NCBI RefSeq assembly: GCF_006345805.1
Contig: NC_043006.1
Location: forward strand, 17,112,001 to 17,176,000
DNA length: 64,000 bases
Reading direction: 5' to 3'
Source: Octopus sinensis
Taxonomy: Eukaryota
Numbering within the stretch: position 1 is the first letter of the stretch; each line of letters begins with the position of its first letter. Under the pieces are notes generated by a model. The model did not search any database. It was not told the origin of the DNA and saw only the letters and a list, made by a program, of their open reading frames with translations. The translations under genes and the position numbers were made by a program. Shown in pieces: positions 51,011-63,690 of this stretch.

Positions 51011-51380
51011 TAGGAGCACTCCGTCGGTTGCGACGATGAGGGTCCCAGCTGATACGATCAACAGAACAGCTTGCTTGTGATATTAACGTGCAAGTGGCTG
51101 AGCGCTCCACAGACACGTGTACCCTTAACGTAGTTCTCGGGGAGATTCAGCGTGACAAGGCTGGCCCTTTGAAATACAGGTACAAGAGAAACAGGAAGAA
51201 AGAGCGAGAGAAAGTTGTGGTGAAAGAGTACAGCAGGGTTCACCACCACCTCCTGCCGGAGCCTCGTGGAACTTTAGGTGTTTTCGCTCAATAAACACTC
51301 ACAATGCCCGGTCTGGGAATCGAAACCGTGATCCTCCGACCGCGAGTCCGTTGCCCTAACCACTGGGCCATTGCGCCTCC
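51011..51380 (-). mobile_element. SINE family A, tail type 2
   Basis: TSD ATTTTGTGTTA. Confidence 0.85.
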
Positions 51381-51388
51381 ATTTTGTG

Positions 51389-51796
51389 TTAACCCTTTCA
51401 TTACCAACCCGGCTGAAACTGGCTCTGGCTCTGTAGTACAAATGTCTTGTTTTCATAAGTTCATCATCATCATCATTGTCTAACGTCCGCTTTCCATGCT
51501 AGCATGGGTTGGACGGTTCGACTGGGGTCTGGGAAGCTAGGAGGCTGCACTAGGCTCAGTCTGATCTGGCAGTGTTTCTACAGCTGGATGCCCTTCCTAA
51601 CACCAACCACTCCAAGAGTACAGTGGGTGCCTTTTATGTACCGAATTAAAATCTTCCACCAAACCTTAGTCACAATTTATATTCCTAAAACTATCTAAAT
51701 CATAGCTAAGTTATTTTACTAAATCCTTTGTTATATTTAAATTAATTGAAAGAAACACGGAGCATCTCAACAGAAATACAGTAACGAAAGGGTTAA
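51389..51796. mobile_element. TTAA MITE family F interrupted by a family E copy (about 51462-51641)
   Basis: Both TTAA-CCC/GGG-TTAA ends present; halves match 4433-4661. Confidence 0.75.
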
Positions 51797-52349
51797 TCAA
51801 TGTTCTACAAAGTAGCTTAATAATGATAAAGTCATTTTACTAAGTTTTTCATTATTATAGAAATATGATAACAAAAGGGTTAAGAAAACTGGAAACTAAT
51901 CAGATTGGTCTCTTTGATCTTCAGACGTTTGTTTTGTACTCTATTGATTAGGATATTTGTTCTTTCTAAAACTGAAAATGTCCTGTAATCTTCAACCCTT
52001 TCAATTTCAGTCTGCCAGAGACCATTTCTGGTTCTTTGATGCAAAATCCTGTTATAGTGATACTAAGTTCAACCTTCCATCCAGATTTCATGTTACTTTA
52101 TGTTTCAAACATCAGTACCAAATTCCTTATCTTCTAAATTAATTGAAACAAACGCAGTGTGTTTCAACAGAAATATGGAAACAAAATGGTTAATAAATTG
52201 TTGAATTATCACAGACAGTTTTATCTTTGTGTAGTTTTGTTTAACCCCAGGCTAACTCTGATTAAGTGGACCCCCTAATACATTCCAGATATAACCATCC
52301 CTTCCTTTTTTGCATTTAGAATTACATGGTCTTGTGTGTCTTTCATCCT

Positions 52350-52555
52350 TCATCATCATCATCATCATTTAATGTCCGCTTTCCATGCTAGAATGGGTTG
52401 GATTCGACCGGGGTCTGGGAAGCCAGGAGGCTGCACCAGGCTCCAGTCTGATCTGGCAGTGTTTCTACAGCTGGATGTCCTTCCTAATGCCAGCCACTCC
52501 GTGAGTGTAGTGGGTGCTTTTTACGTGCCACCGGCACAGAAGCCAGTCAAGGCAG
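52350..52555 (-). mobile_element. Family E copy
   Basis: Same blocks in reverse. Confidence 0.7.
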
Positions 52556-52919
52556 AATACAGGAGAGGTACAATTTGATGTAAATCTAGCTCTTATTCCT
52601 AGCAAGTCAAGTCACCCTATTCAGAGTCTCCCATTGGTTTGGCTTCATGTTGTGAGATGGTTACCTCCCTCCCTAACAGAGCCAACACTGCTGGAAATCA
52701 TACACACATGGAATAACAAAAGAGTCCCATAACTTTACTGCTCTCTTAGGTTGTGAGGAACATGGTGGTTGTACCATGTAAATACCTTTTTTTCACCCAT
52801 CTAATACAAACCTGCCTGAGACTACTCTTGGTTTTATAATTCCTGTAAATTTGTTCCAGACACCAGCTTAATGATGATAAAGTAATTTTCCTAAATTTTT
52901 CAGTATTTTCAAAATTTTG

Positions 52920-53014
52920 CTCAATAAACATACACAATGCCCGGTCTAGGAATCAAAACCGTGTTCTTACGACCATGAGTCCGCTGCCCTAACCACTTGG
53001 CCATTGCGTTTCCA
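52920..53014 (-). mobile_element. SINE family A head fragment
   Basis: Matches the first about 95 nt of the family A head. Confidence 0.65.
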
Positions 53015-53483
53015 CACTGCTGCTGTTGACAGCTACTGCTTTTCTACATCAACAAACTAAACACAATTACCCTGTACGCTTCTGGATATCCAACAACCTG
53101 GTTAACCATGTTTACTGATTCCTACTCATCTCAATAAAGAACTATTGCATCACATGGCTATTTTTGATGAGCAACTCCTAAGATTTTTCACTTCCATGAT
53201 TCAAGAAGTTAGTATCTTTGGTAACTTCTTAGTAAATAAAATGTCATGTCTTTAACATTTACCACTATTAATATCAAAGAGACTCAGTTTTTTTAATTTG
53301 AAAACAATGAATATTTTACATAGATCAACGCAGCTGCTCACTGTATACAAAGTTCATTCATATACATTCCAATTTATATACCATAATATTCTCATCTGGA
53401 ATGACATATCACCTTTTATTGACATTCCAGAATACATTCAGAAGAAATCTTGTTATCTGATCAAAGAGATAAGCTAATATATT

Positions 53484-53607
53484 CTTTTCTGGTCTAGGCA
53501 CAAGGCCCGAAATTTTGGGAGATGGGGCCAGTCGATTAGATCGACATGAGTATACAACTGGTACATAATTTATCGATCCTGAAAGGATGAAAGGCAAAGT
53601 CGACCTC
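53484..53607 (-). mobile_element. 5'-truncated family D variant with a different tail
   Basis: 16-bp TSD GATAAGCTAATATATT; D core followed by ...aaatttcgggccttgtgcctagaccagaaaag. Confidence 0.75.
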
Positions 53608-53644
53608 GATAAGCTAATATATTAATATATACATACATGCATAC

Positions 53645-53714
<70 letters not shown>

Positions 53715-53716
<2 letters not shown>

Positions 53717-54140
53717 CATCATCGTTTAACGTCCGTTTTCCATGCTAGCATGGGTTGGACAGTTCAACTGGAGTCTGGGAAGCCAGGAGGCTGCACCAGG
53801 CTCCAGTCTGATCTGGCAGTGTTTCTACAGCTGGATGCCCTTCCTAATGCCAACCACTCTGAGAGTGTAGTGTGTGCTTTTTATGTGCCACCGGAGGCTG
53901 GTAGTGGACATGATTGGTTGATGCTTTTTACGTGCCACCGGCACGGAAGCCAGTCAAGGTGGCGCTGGCATCGGCCACATTTGGATGGTGCTTTTTACAT
54001 GCTACCAGCACAGGTATCACAACTACAATTTCCATTTGATTTTTATTTTGATGTTGATGTACTTGACTCAGTAGGTCTCTTTAAGCACAGCAGGTGACCC
54101 TACGATCCAAGGTAAGCACAACAGGTCGTTCTGCGATCCA
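53715..54140 (-). mobile_element. Family E copy extending toward the ORF end
   Basis: Same blocks in reverse with three subrepeats. Confidence 0.7.
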
Positions 54141-54522
54141 AGGTACTTGGGATGGGCTGGGGCTGCTATGCGAAACACACACACTTTATATTAGATAGAT
54201 AGATAAATAGATAGATAGATATGCTTGCATGTATATGATGGTCTCCTTCCAGTTTCTGCTTACTGAACTCATTTCCAAGGCTTTGGTCTGTTTGGTGCTG
54301 TAGCGGAAGAGGAAGACACTTGCCCAAGATGCTGCTCCACCTACGCATGCACACATACACACACACACACACATGTATGTATGAATGCATGTGTAGTAGT
54401 AGTAGTGGTAGTAGAATACAAGTTAATTAAAAGTGGTTGATGTTCTTGACTAAACCATTACTGAAATTAGTAAAAGAGTAAAAGAAAAAAAAATCACAGA
54501 CTTTATTCTATTCTATTTATAG

Positions 54523-54548
54523 TTCTTTAAAAATTTCATGCTACTCAG
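54523..54548 (+). CDS. Possible 26-nt micro-exon
   Basis: actttattctattctatttatag|TTCTTTAAAAATTTCATGCTACTCAG|GTAACA; both splice sites good, two open frames; unconfirmed. Confidence 0.2.
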
Positions 54549-55110
54549 GTAACAGGAATTTCATTTTCTGAATATTTAGTTGAAACCAATTATTTTACAA
54601 TAAAATTCCTACTTTTCTTTTTCTTTTTTAACACTTTTTCCTCTTTAAATATTAAGTGTTCTTTGAAATTAAACTTTAGATAACTTCCTTTGATAACTTT
54701 CATTTTCTTTTTAAAGAAACCTGTTATTTCGATAGTTTAAAGACCAACCTATTTGTGTCATTTTCAATAAATAAATAATTAAAGATTTGAAAATGACAGG
54801 TACAAAAGTGTTTCGTGTTAAATTGATTGAATTTTTTTCATGGAATTTTAGGCTGGTGTCTCAGTCTACTTCTTTACATAATTTTTTTTTTTTTGCTATT
54901 TTTACAAGATTCATGTTATTTCAATTCAATTAGGTTTTATTTTCACAATCAGTATCATTGGAATTTTGTGCTTTCTCTTCTTTTAAAATGAATTTCTATT
55001 TTATTTAACCCCCCCCCCTTACCCCATCATCCATCTACATAATATATACTTTACATAATGTGTTGAGTGCACTTGCATTTGGTATGTGCATATATGTGTT
55101 TAAGGCCCTC

Positions 55111-55192
55111 ATGCTTTCCGAAATCCGCCGAAACTACACCTGATTATATATACACTTTAGATGAGTTGTAGTGCACCAGAGCACTGTACACA

Positions 55193-55237
<45 letters not shown>

Positions 55238-55238
55238 T
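55111..55238 (+). mobile_element. Short CR1/L2-group 3' fragment (divergent subfamily)
   Basis: atgctttccgaaatccgccgaaactacacctga...gtgcaccagagcactgtacacaa(tta)n parallels the end of the 16108 copy. Confidence 0.6.
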
Positions 55239-55272
55239 ATATATATATATATTTGTATTGAATTAAGAGAAG

Positions 55273-55632
55273 AAAATGGAGAGTTGGTGGTTAATAAATA
55301 TTCATTATTAATAAATTGATAATTATTTCTTCCTACAGATGTTTCCATTTATACTCATTGAATAAATTACAAATTTATAAATTAAATTTGCATTTATAAT
55401 TTATGAGGAAAATATCATCAGGGAAAAGTTAGATATTAAGAAATTACATGTTGATCTATCTGTTCATTCCAGCCGACTTTTTCCTGATGATATTTTGCTC
55501 ATAACATATAAATGCAAATTTAATGCATAAATTTGTAATTTATTCAATGAGTATAAATGGAAACAGCTATAGGAAGAAATGATTATCAAATTATTTATAA
55601 TAAAGAATAATTAATCGCTAACTCCCCATTTT
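55273..55632. mobile_element. Foldback MITE (arms about 155 bp, loop about 44 bp)
   Basis: 55273-55430 is reverse-complementary to 55475-55632. Confidence 0.75.
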
Positions 55633-55809
55633 AGTCCTGTAATTAAAAACGGATTATATACTTAATATATATCTACTGATTTAGGAAAATTTTATTTCCC
55701 AAAAATATAAGGTATAGAACCAGTGTTTTCTTGGATGTAATCATTCCTTTAAGAGGCTGATATATCCTCTTATATATATATATGTATGTATGTATATATG
55801 TATAAATAT

Positions 55810-55964
55810 GGCATAAGCGTATATGGTATACTTCCCAACCATATGCATGGTTCCAGGCTCAGTCCCACTGCGTGACACCATGAGCTAGTATCTTCTACTA
55901 TAGTATCGAGTCGACCAAAGCCTTGTGAGTGGATTTGGTTCATGGAAACTGAAAGAAGCCTGTC

Positions 55965-56038
<74 letters not shown>

Positions 56039-56290
56039 TTGTGTGTGTATGTATGTACCTGTGTGTGTGTCTTTGTGTCTGTTTGTCCCTCCCCATCACA
56101 GCTTGACAACTGGTGTTGGTGTGTTTACATCCTTATAACTTAGCGGTTCAGCAAAAGAGACTGATAGAATAAATACTGGGCTTAAAAAATAAATCCTGGG
56201 ATCGATTTGTTCAATTAAAATCCTTCAAGGCAGTGCTCCTGCGTGGGCTGCAGTCAAATGACTAAAACAACTAAAAGAATAAAAGAATGT
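55810..56290 (+). mobile_element. SINE family C
   Basis: Full-length, long (TA)(TG) tract. Confidence 0.7.
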
Positions 56291-57466
56291 ATATGTGTTT
56301 GCTATAACTTGTGGTGTTGTGACTCCCCCTGTCCTGAAATTGTTGTTTGAGCATTGTTGCCCCGACATAAATGCATACCTTACTTGAAAAACAGGCAAGG
56401 ATTTATGACACGAAGGGCATTCTGCAATAAAACGCTGCCTCAATAATGGATTCCTCTGTCCCATAATGTCATGGAAAAGTCAATAAAGAATGAATAAACA
56501 AATGTAGTCCTCTATTAATTACAACCTATCCTCTGAATTAACTGTTGTTATTGGAGTTAAAGCATGTGAAACCACTTCAGCTGCTCACCTTAATATCCTG
56601 TTTTGCGTTGTTATTAAGTATCATATGTCCGTTTGGCTACCACTGGTCTAACTGAGATAAGTGACCTAATCCATCTAAGGAAGTAAATGGAAGATCACTT
56701 TATCAAAAATTTCCAGACTAATTTCTGTCATTTAGTAGCGCTCATCCTTTCTCTGTCTGTCTCCCTCTCCCAATACATCAAAATGTAACAGATTTTATGT
56801 CAACAGAGAAAAGATAAATAGAGGGGAAAGTTCTTTTAGTTTGCATGGTACAACACTATCTCAGAACTCTAAATTAAAAGGAGAAACATTGGATATAAAA
56901 CTGAAAGGGGGATGCCAAATTATTTACCAAATTACATCCAAGGTTGGATCTGTACTTCTCTTTTTTTTTTTAGTTACCCTAAACTGGCACTCAATTTATT
57001 CTAACATTCTTCTCTGTTATCGTCTCTCTCTCTCTCCCTAGCATATTCCAATATATAAATGTGTTTTTTAATTAATTCTACTTTAATCTTTGATTCCTTA
57101 ATGATGTCATCTCTTGTGTTTTTGTTGTTTAACCCATTTTATACCAATATGTTCAAGATCACACTTCTTTCTGTAATACAAGCTTCCTGGTAAAAAGCAA
57201 TTTAAATTAAAACCTACCTTCAAAGCATGTTAATTATTGTTCCAAATCACTTAATAATAACAAGATTATTTTTACTAAATTCTTCATTATTTTCAAAATC
57301 TATTGAAGCAGATGCAGTGTATTTCAACAGAAACATGTTGATAAAATTTTATGTTAATTTATGTGCCAAAAACCAGTCTAATGATGACAGTTATTTTACT
57401 AAATTCTTCATTAAGTTTTTAAAAATTAATTGAAATAAATGCAGTGTATTTGAGTAGAAATATTCA

Positions 57467-57728
57467 GGAAACATTTTTTCATGCTGAGAGTTGCTGAAGC
57501 ATGGAACAAACTGCCGGCATCAGTTGTTAGTTGTTGGAGCACTGCATCCTTCAAAACTTCCATGCTTCCTGAGATTCGCCAACACTACACCTGATTTTCT
57601 CCCTCCATACACACACAAGCACGTGTTCGCTTTCCAGACATTTCTACATTACTGCATGTACTTTATATGCACTTTCTGACAAGTTGTGGTGCACCTGAGC
57701 ACTGTATACAATAATTTCATTATTATAT
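57467..57728 (+). mobile_element. CR1/L2-group LINE 3' end
   Basis: Near-identical to 16225-16490. Confidence 0.8.
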
Positions 57729-58074
57729 AAATATGGTAGCAGAAGGGTTTGAAAATGTTCAGTATGTAAACAAACTTGTAAACATAAGTGGACAAATGGA
57801 TAACAATATAGACTATCCTTTTTCCTAGAGTCAAATCCTCTACAAACATGTCATTAGGTACTTGGACTTTTCTCAGTTCACTCAACTGTCCGGAAGAGGC
57901 ACTAGATCATCCGTAAATGTTATTTTAGACAGAATATCATCGTATCTGGGGAGCAGCTTTATCACTCTTCTACATATTACTATTTCAATTGAAAAACTGT
58001 TATAATGAAGGCATTTGTTTCAGTTTCTTTCTTTTTGTTTTAGATTCTATTCAGCCCTTTAGCATTTAAACAGG

Positions 58075-58385
58075 GTGTGGAGGCACATGGCGTAGTGGTT
58101 AGAGCAGCGGACTCGTGGTCGAGGGATCGCAGGTTCGAATCTCAGACTGGGCGATGTGTGTGTTTATGAGTGAAAACACCTAAGCTCCACGCGGCTCCGG
58201 CAGAAGGTAACGGTGAGACTTCTGCTGACTCTTTCGCCACAACTTTCTCTCACTCTTTCCTCCTGCATCTTGCAGCTCACCTGCGACGGACCGGCGTCCT
58301 GTCCAAGTAGGGAACCTATACACCAAGAAACCGGGAAACTGGCCCTTATGAGCGAGGCATGGCTTGAGAAGGAACAAACAACAAA
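58075..58385 (+). mobile_element. SINE family A, tail type 3
   Basis: Same head and core; different 3' half; TSD CATTTAAACAGG (58063-58074, 58386-58397). Confidence 0.85.
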
Positions 58386-58628
58386 CATTTAAACAGGCTA
58401 TATGCAACCCAAATATTCTATTTGTTTTATGTTCAAACCATCCACATCAGGCCTCTCACACCTACCCTAGAATGTCATTTCAAAAAAATTATAATCACAC
58501 CATTGAAATCTCAGAGCTACATATAATACAAGATTAATTTAAAATAATATGAATAATTAAGTACCACACTTGAGAGAGTAATCCGAATGCTAATAGGTTA
58601 ATACTTTCATTTTTACTACTTATTGCAG

Positions 58629-58732
58629 ATTTTTTCAATGAGAAATATCTTGGTTATTGTAACCTTAAAAATTTGCAGTCTAAAGATGCAATTTATAACA
58701 TGAGCTTGTGTGTCACAATCGCTACTTCATGA
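58629..58732 (+). CDS. Possible exon (phase 1: DFFNEKYLGYCNLKNLQSKDAIYNMSLCVTIATS*)
   Basis: Strong acceptor ctttcatttttactacttattgcag|; open for 34 codons in AT-rich DNA; no homology recognised. Confidence 0.15.
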
Positions 58733-59367
58733 TTCAGTATATTCTTGTATAGTCTATCTTACATTCCATGTAGCTAGTTGTTCAAATAAGCAAAATTCCA
58801 GATTATCTGTCAACAAAATCTGTTCAGCAGTCACCTCATCTTAAATCTGGTGCACAGTTATCCACCTGAAAATAATTGTTTCAAACAATCTGTCTGCTCT
58901 CAAACAATGGGAATACATATGCATATACACATACACTGTCTATGTATGTGAGCTTATTTGTTTGTACTGTCTCTGTAAATTAAAAATGATAAGCTTTATT
59001 ACAGTAAGTATCTCTAATTAGATTTTTTTGAAACGAACTGCATTAAGTATGCTAACACTAACTCAACTATTGTTTTTAACAAGGATGACATCCCTTACTC
59101 TTTAACCTCAATGATTTTTTTTGTTTTTTAAATGTCCTAATTTTTAACATATATTCATTCATATACATCCACTTTCTAATTCTCTTGTCTCTACTTTCTA
59201 ACAAGCACATTGAAGACTATGTATCTCTGAGGATGTGTAATTAAATGGAAGCATGTGTTGAGTTGTCTCCCATAATTGGGGGACACCTTACTGAAAAAGT
59301 ATTTCTCACTAGATTCTTGATATCCATGCATTCAAGAATTTTGCTTCACAACCATGTAGTTTCTAGC

Positions 59368-59595
59368 TTAACCCTTTCGTTACTGTATTTATTTTGAGGT
59401 GCTCTGTGTTTCTTTCAATTGCTTTAAATATAACAAAGAATTTAGTAAAATAACTTAGTTATCATTCAGCCAGTGTTAGGAACATAAATTGTGACTAAGG
59501 TTTGGTGGAAGATTTTAATTCAAAACTTATGAAAGCAAGATATTTGTACTCAGAGCCAGAGCCACTTTCAGCCGGGTTGGTAACGAAAGGGTTAA
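59368..59595. mobile_element. TTAA MITE family F (well preserved)
   Basis: TIR ttaaccctttcgttac / gtaacgaaagggttaa. Confidence 0.85.
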
Positions 59596-59928
59596 TCTTA
59601 GTACACAACATGTTGCTTTAGTGCCTAATTCTGGAGTCAGAAGTCCATTATATGTTTGTTTTTGCTTGTGTTTATGTTTTACAGTTTGTCAAATAGTATT
59701 CTGTTGTGTGAGGAATGGTATCTTCAGTAACTTCACTTTGCTGTCAAAATTGGTAAAATAAATAGCAGACTGAAATAAATAAATACTAGGGTTGAAAAAT
59801 TGGACTGACTAAAGCTTTTCTAGGCAGTGATCTGGTATAGGCACAATCTGTCTGAAATTGTTAAAAGAATATCCATCTACACACACATGTATATGTATGT
59901 ATGTATGTATACACACATGTATATATGC

Positions 59929-59960
<32 letters not shown>

Positions 59961-60046
59961 GTATATACTTTGATACTTTGATAGGTTTCGGCCATTATTG
60001 GCCCAGGCCATGTCTAACTTAATAGCACCACCTGGGCTTAATAGCA

Positions 60047-60095
<49 letters not shown>

Positions 60096-60107
60096 CATTT
60101 AATCATA

Positions 60108-60871
60108 TCAAAGGGAAATGGAAATTAGTAGAAATTTTCACTTCCAGTAGCCTAGCATGTAAAAATTTAGTCCAAAGACTATGTATTACTCATAAAATAC
60201 AGTGTACATTTATACACATAAGAGGAATCCACTTATGGGATTCATCACGCCAGAAAGAACAGCTAGGTTTTAAAACCACAAAATTTGGGATAAAATTTTG
60301 AAAGGAACGAAATGAAAAATAAAAACTGTTACCATCTAGTTTCCTGGACCAATTGGTTTCTGATTTTAGTTTAGCAAATAAGATTATTTGCTAGGTGAAA
60401 TCATTATCAACAGGAACACAGATTAAATATATAAACACGAGGCGATCAATTATATGTCTCGTGTTTTTACATCCTAATTCTTTCAAATCTACTGCGCAGA
60501 CGCAGCTCCTCATCGGCAATAAAAAAATGCCAACTTTTGAAATTCGAAAATTATCCAAAAACTTATAATACTTAATCAGGTCAAAGGGAAATGGAAATTA
60601 GTAGAAATTTTCACTTCCAGTGGCCTAGCGTGTAAAAATTTAGTCCAAAGACTATGTATTACTCATAAAATACAGTGTACATTTATACACATAAGAGGAA
60701 TCCACTTATGGGATTCATCATGCTAGAAAGAACAGCTAGGTTCTAAAACCACAAAATTTGGGATAAAATTCTGAAAAGAACAAAATGAAAGCTAAAAACT
60801 GTTACCATCTAGTTTCCTGGACCAATTGGTTTCTGATTTTAGTTTAGCAAATAAGATAATTTGCTAGGTGA
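60108..60871. repeat. 291-bp direct repeat pair (period 473 bp)
   Basis: 60108-60398 and 60581-60871, about 11 mismatches counted by eye. Confidence 0.9.
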
Positions 60872-61224
60872 GTCTATCATGAATATTGTCGCACCTCCTT
60901 CCTTGAAATGGGAAAGAAGGGCCATTTTCATTGTACTTGTGGTTATGGTGAAAGAATGTGTGTGGTGGACGCATATGAAAGGTCTAGAGACAAACAATTT
61001 CCTCTCTGGTGAATCTCTCATCAATTCTTCAAATATCACTTGAAGAGGAAGGTGAGAGTAGAGAGGGAAGTTTTATCTAGTGACTGTTTCAAAAAAAAGA
61101 TGGGTGAATGTAGCAAGGATGGTACATGTGAATTACATAGCCAGCTTGAGCATAATCCTATTAACCAAAAAGAAAAAGAGAGTCACTTACTGTAACGTGT
61201 TTTTATTGCATGACATTATTGCCC

Positions 61225-61468
61225 GAGGTTACCGTGGTCTTTTCTGCAGGCTTTTCTTTCCACCGATAAACCTAATCTGTTTCCTCTTATTACATTATGA
61301 CATTTTTGTGATACACGATCCCTATTGATCAGCCTTCTTTTTTTTTTTCTCTCCACGATCCCTTTTGATCGAAATTCTACCCCTCCCCTTTTTACTCTTC
61401 CCAAAAAGAAAAGCTCTACTTTGTATTTTGTCTCCTCTGTGTTCAGCCCTGTGTGGCCAATAAAGAAA
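61225..61468 (+). mobile_element. Dispersed repeat family H
   Basis: Aligns with 36955-37212. Confidence 0.6.
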
Positions 61469-61984
61469 CATATATAATATATATGTATATTAATATATAT
61501 ATATATTAAATATATATAGTTAAAATGGAGAGCATAATCATGTGTGTGTGTGTGTATATGTGTATATATATAAAACAATTATGTTGCCCATTTTAATCAT
61601 TTGAGAACCCATACAAAATGTTTTTAGTTTTCTTTTATATCTTGTATTAAAAATTCTCAATGGAACATCTGTGACCTGGTCTCTGACACATTTCCTCTCC
61701 ATCTGCCCTAAATAAGTTACTGGCTATACTTTTTTTAATTGTCAGGAAGGTGCCCTTCCATACAACACCCATTTCATTTCGTTTTTGAATTTTGGCCTTA
61801 TATTGCTGTCTAAGCTTTTGTCACAGACTTGTAGCCACTTTCATTTTCAGTTCTTTTCTCTTTTTTTTTCCCCAATGTGTATAATTCTTATTCAATTCAT
61901 AAAAATTATTAGAATTGGGAATCAAATATGAAAATATTATCGAGTGGCTAGCAGAAAGTTGCCCCAAAGGTGGTCTTTCTGCTA

Positions 61985-62038
<54 letters not shown>

Positions 62039-62283
62039 GGGTGTGATTGTGTATAGAAGAATATATTAATAAAAGGAATTCCAACCTTGTCTGATTTTCA
62101 CGTTTTATTTACAATCTTATAATGATATAATTTTAATATAATATAATATAATATAATAAAATAAAATAATAGAATGTTAAATGTTCATTCTGATTGAACT
62201 AGTACTTTCATGCATTAAATTCTGCAATCTTCAGGTTCATGTAGTAGTGGTGACAGTCATGCTTCACAATTTTTGACTGTATA

Positions 62284-62314
<31 letters not shown>

Positions 62315-62316
<2 letters not shown>

Positions 62317-62600
62317 GAGTCCGTTGCCAGCCTCGCCTGGCCCCGTGCCGGTGACACGTAAAAGCACCATCCGTTCGTGGCCGTTTGCCAGCTCTGACTG
62401 GCACCTGTGCGGGTGGCACGTAAAAAGCACCCGCTACACTCACGGAGTGGTTGGCGTTAGGAAGGGCATCCAGCCGTAGAAACACTGCCAGATCTGACTG
62501 GGCCTGATGAAGCCTTCCAGCTTCACAGATCCCAGTTGAACTGTCCAACCCATGCTAGCATGGAGAACGGACGCTAAATGATGATGATGATGGTGATGAT
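62315..62600 (+). mobile_element. Family E copy
   Basis: Same blocks and (GAT)n tail. Confidence 0.7.
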
Positions 62601-62672
62601 ATATATATATATACACACACACACACATACACACAAATATGTCTATACATGAGTGTACATGCAATATTTCAG

Positions 62673-62903
62673 AGCAAGCTGGCAGAATCATTTGCATGCT
62701 GGACGAAATGCTTAGCAGTATTTTGTCTGCTGTTATGTTCTGAGTTCAAATTCCGCCAAAGTCAACTTTGCCTTTCGTCCTTTCAGGGTCAATCAAATAA
62801 GTTCCAGTTACACACCGGGGTCAATGTAATCAACTTAGCCCCTTCTGTCTGTCCTTGTTTGTCCCTTCTATGTTTAGCCCCCTGTGGGCAATAAAGAAAT
62901 AAA
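62673..62903 (+). mobile_element. SINE family D
   Basis: Full-length, CpG-decayed. Confidence 0.8.
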
Positions 62904-63102
62904 TATTTCAGAGTAATATTAAAGGTGAAAACATAAAAGAATTCATTTTCTAGTCAAACTGTTCACATAAATACTTGTAGCTACATTGTACATATTCACA
63001 AACATGCATATATAAAGCACATCCACAGTTTATATATCCATACTGATGTATCCATTTAAACAACAATAAATCTCTGAACAAGATATAAACAGTAACCGCT
63101 CG

Positions 63103-63254
63103 ACAACGTAAGGGGTATTAGCCATCTGAATGTGGCGGGGTGTTACTGATGCTTTTAGCCCCAGGCGATCAACGTCACCAGAAGCATCAGTAACACCCCC
63201 CCCCCCGCCCCCAGTGGCTAGCCACATTCAGATGGCTAATACCCCTTACGTTGT
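63103..63254. repeat. 152-bp hairpin element with perfect 34-bp outer and 18-bp inner stems
   Basis: 63103-63136 pairs with 63221-63254 and 63137-63154 with 63182-63199. Confidence 0.9.
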
Positions 63255-63289
63255 ATCCATTTAGTTTTACAGAAAATCATTTACTCTCT

Positions 63290-63690
63290 TCACTCCCTCT
63301 TACTTGTTTCAGTCATTTGACTGTGGCCATGCTGGAGCACCGCCTTTAATCGAGCAACTCGACCCCGGGACTTATTCTTTTGTAAGCCCAGTACTTATTC
63401 TATCGGTTCTCTTTTGCCGAACCGCTAAGTAACGGGGGACGTAAACACACCAGCATCGGTTGTCAAGCAATGCTAGGGGGACAAACACAGACACACAAAC
63501 ATACACGCACACACACATATATATATATACATATATCCGACAGGCTTCTTTCAGTTTCCGTCTACCAAATCCACTCACAAGGCATTGGTCGGCCCGGGGC
63601 TATAGCAGAAGACACTTGCCCAAGGTGCCACGCAGTGGGACTGAACCCGGAACCAAGTGGTTGTTTAGCAAGCTATTTACCACACGAATA
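63290..63690 (-). mobile_element. SINE family C (young)
   Basis: CpGs retained. Confidence 0.75.

Noticed and set aside
56840-57857. Plus-strand candidates 56840-56942 and 57829-57857, phase-compatible with 54523-54548
   Set aside because: The chained peptide is not recognisable and the donors are weak; chance compatibility is likely.
60470-60520. CCGATGA...GAAA on the minus strand of the direct-repeat spacer as a hammerhead
   Set aside because: Stems I and III cannot be formed and the core is mutated.
60871-61010. Cys/His-containing frame (YCRTSF...GHFHCTCG)
   Set aside because: Only about 45 codons, bounded by stops, no start or acceptor, and ligand spacing does not fit a clear zinc finger.
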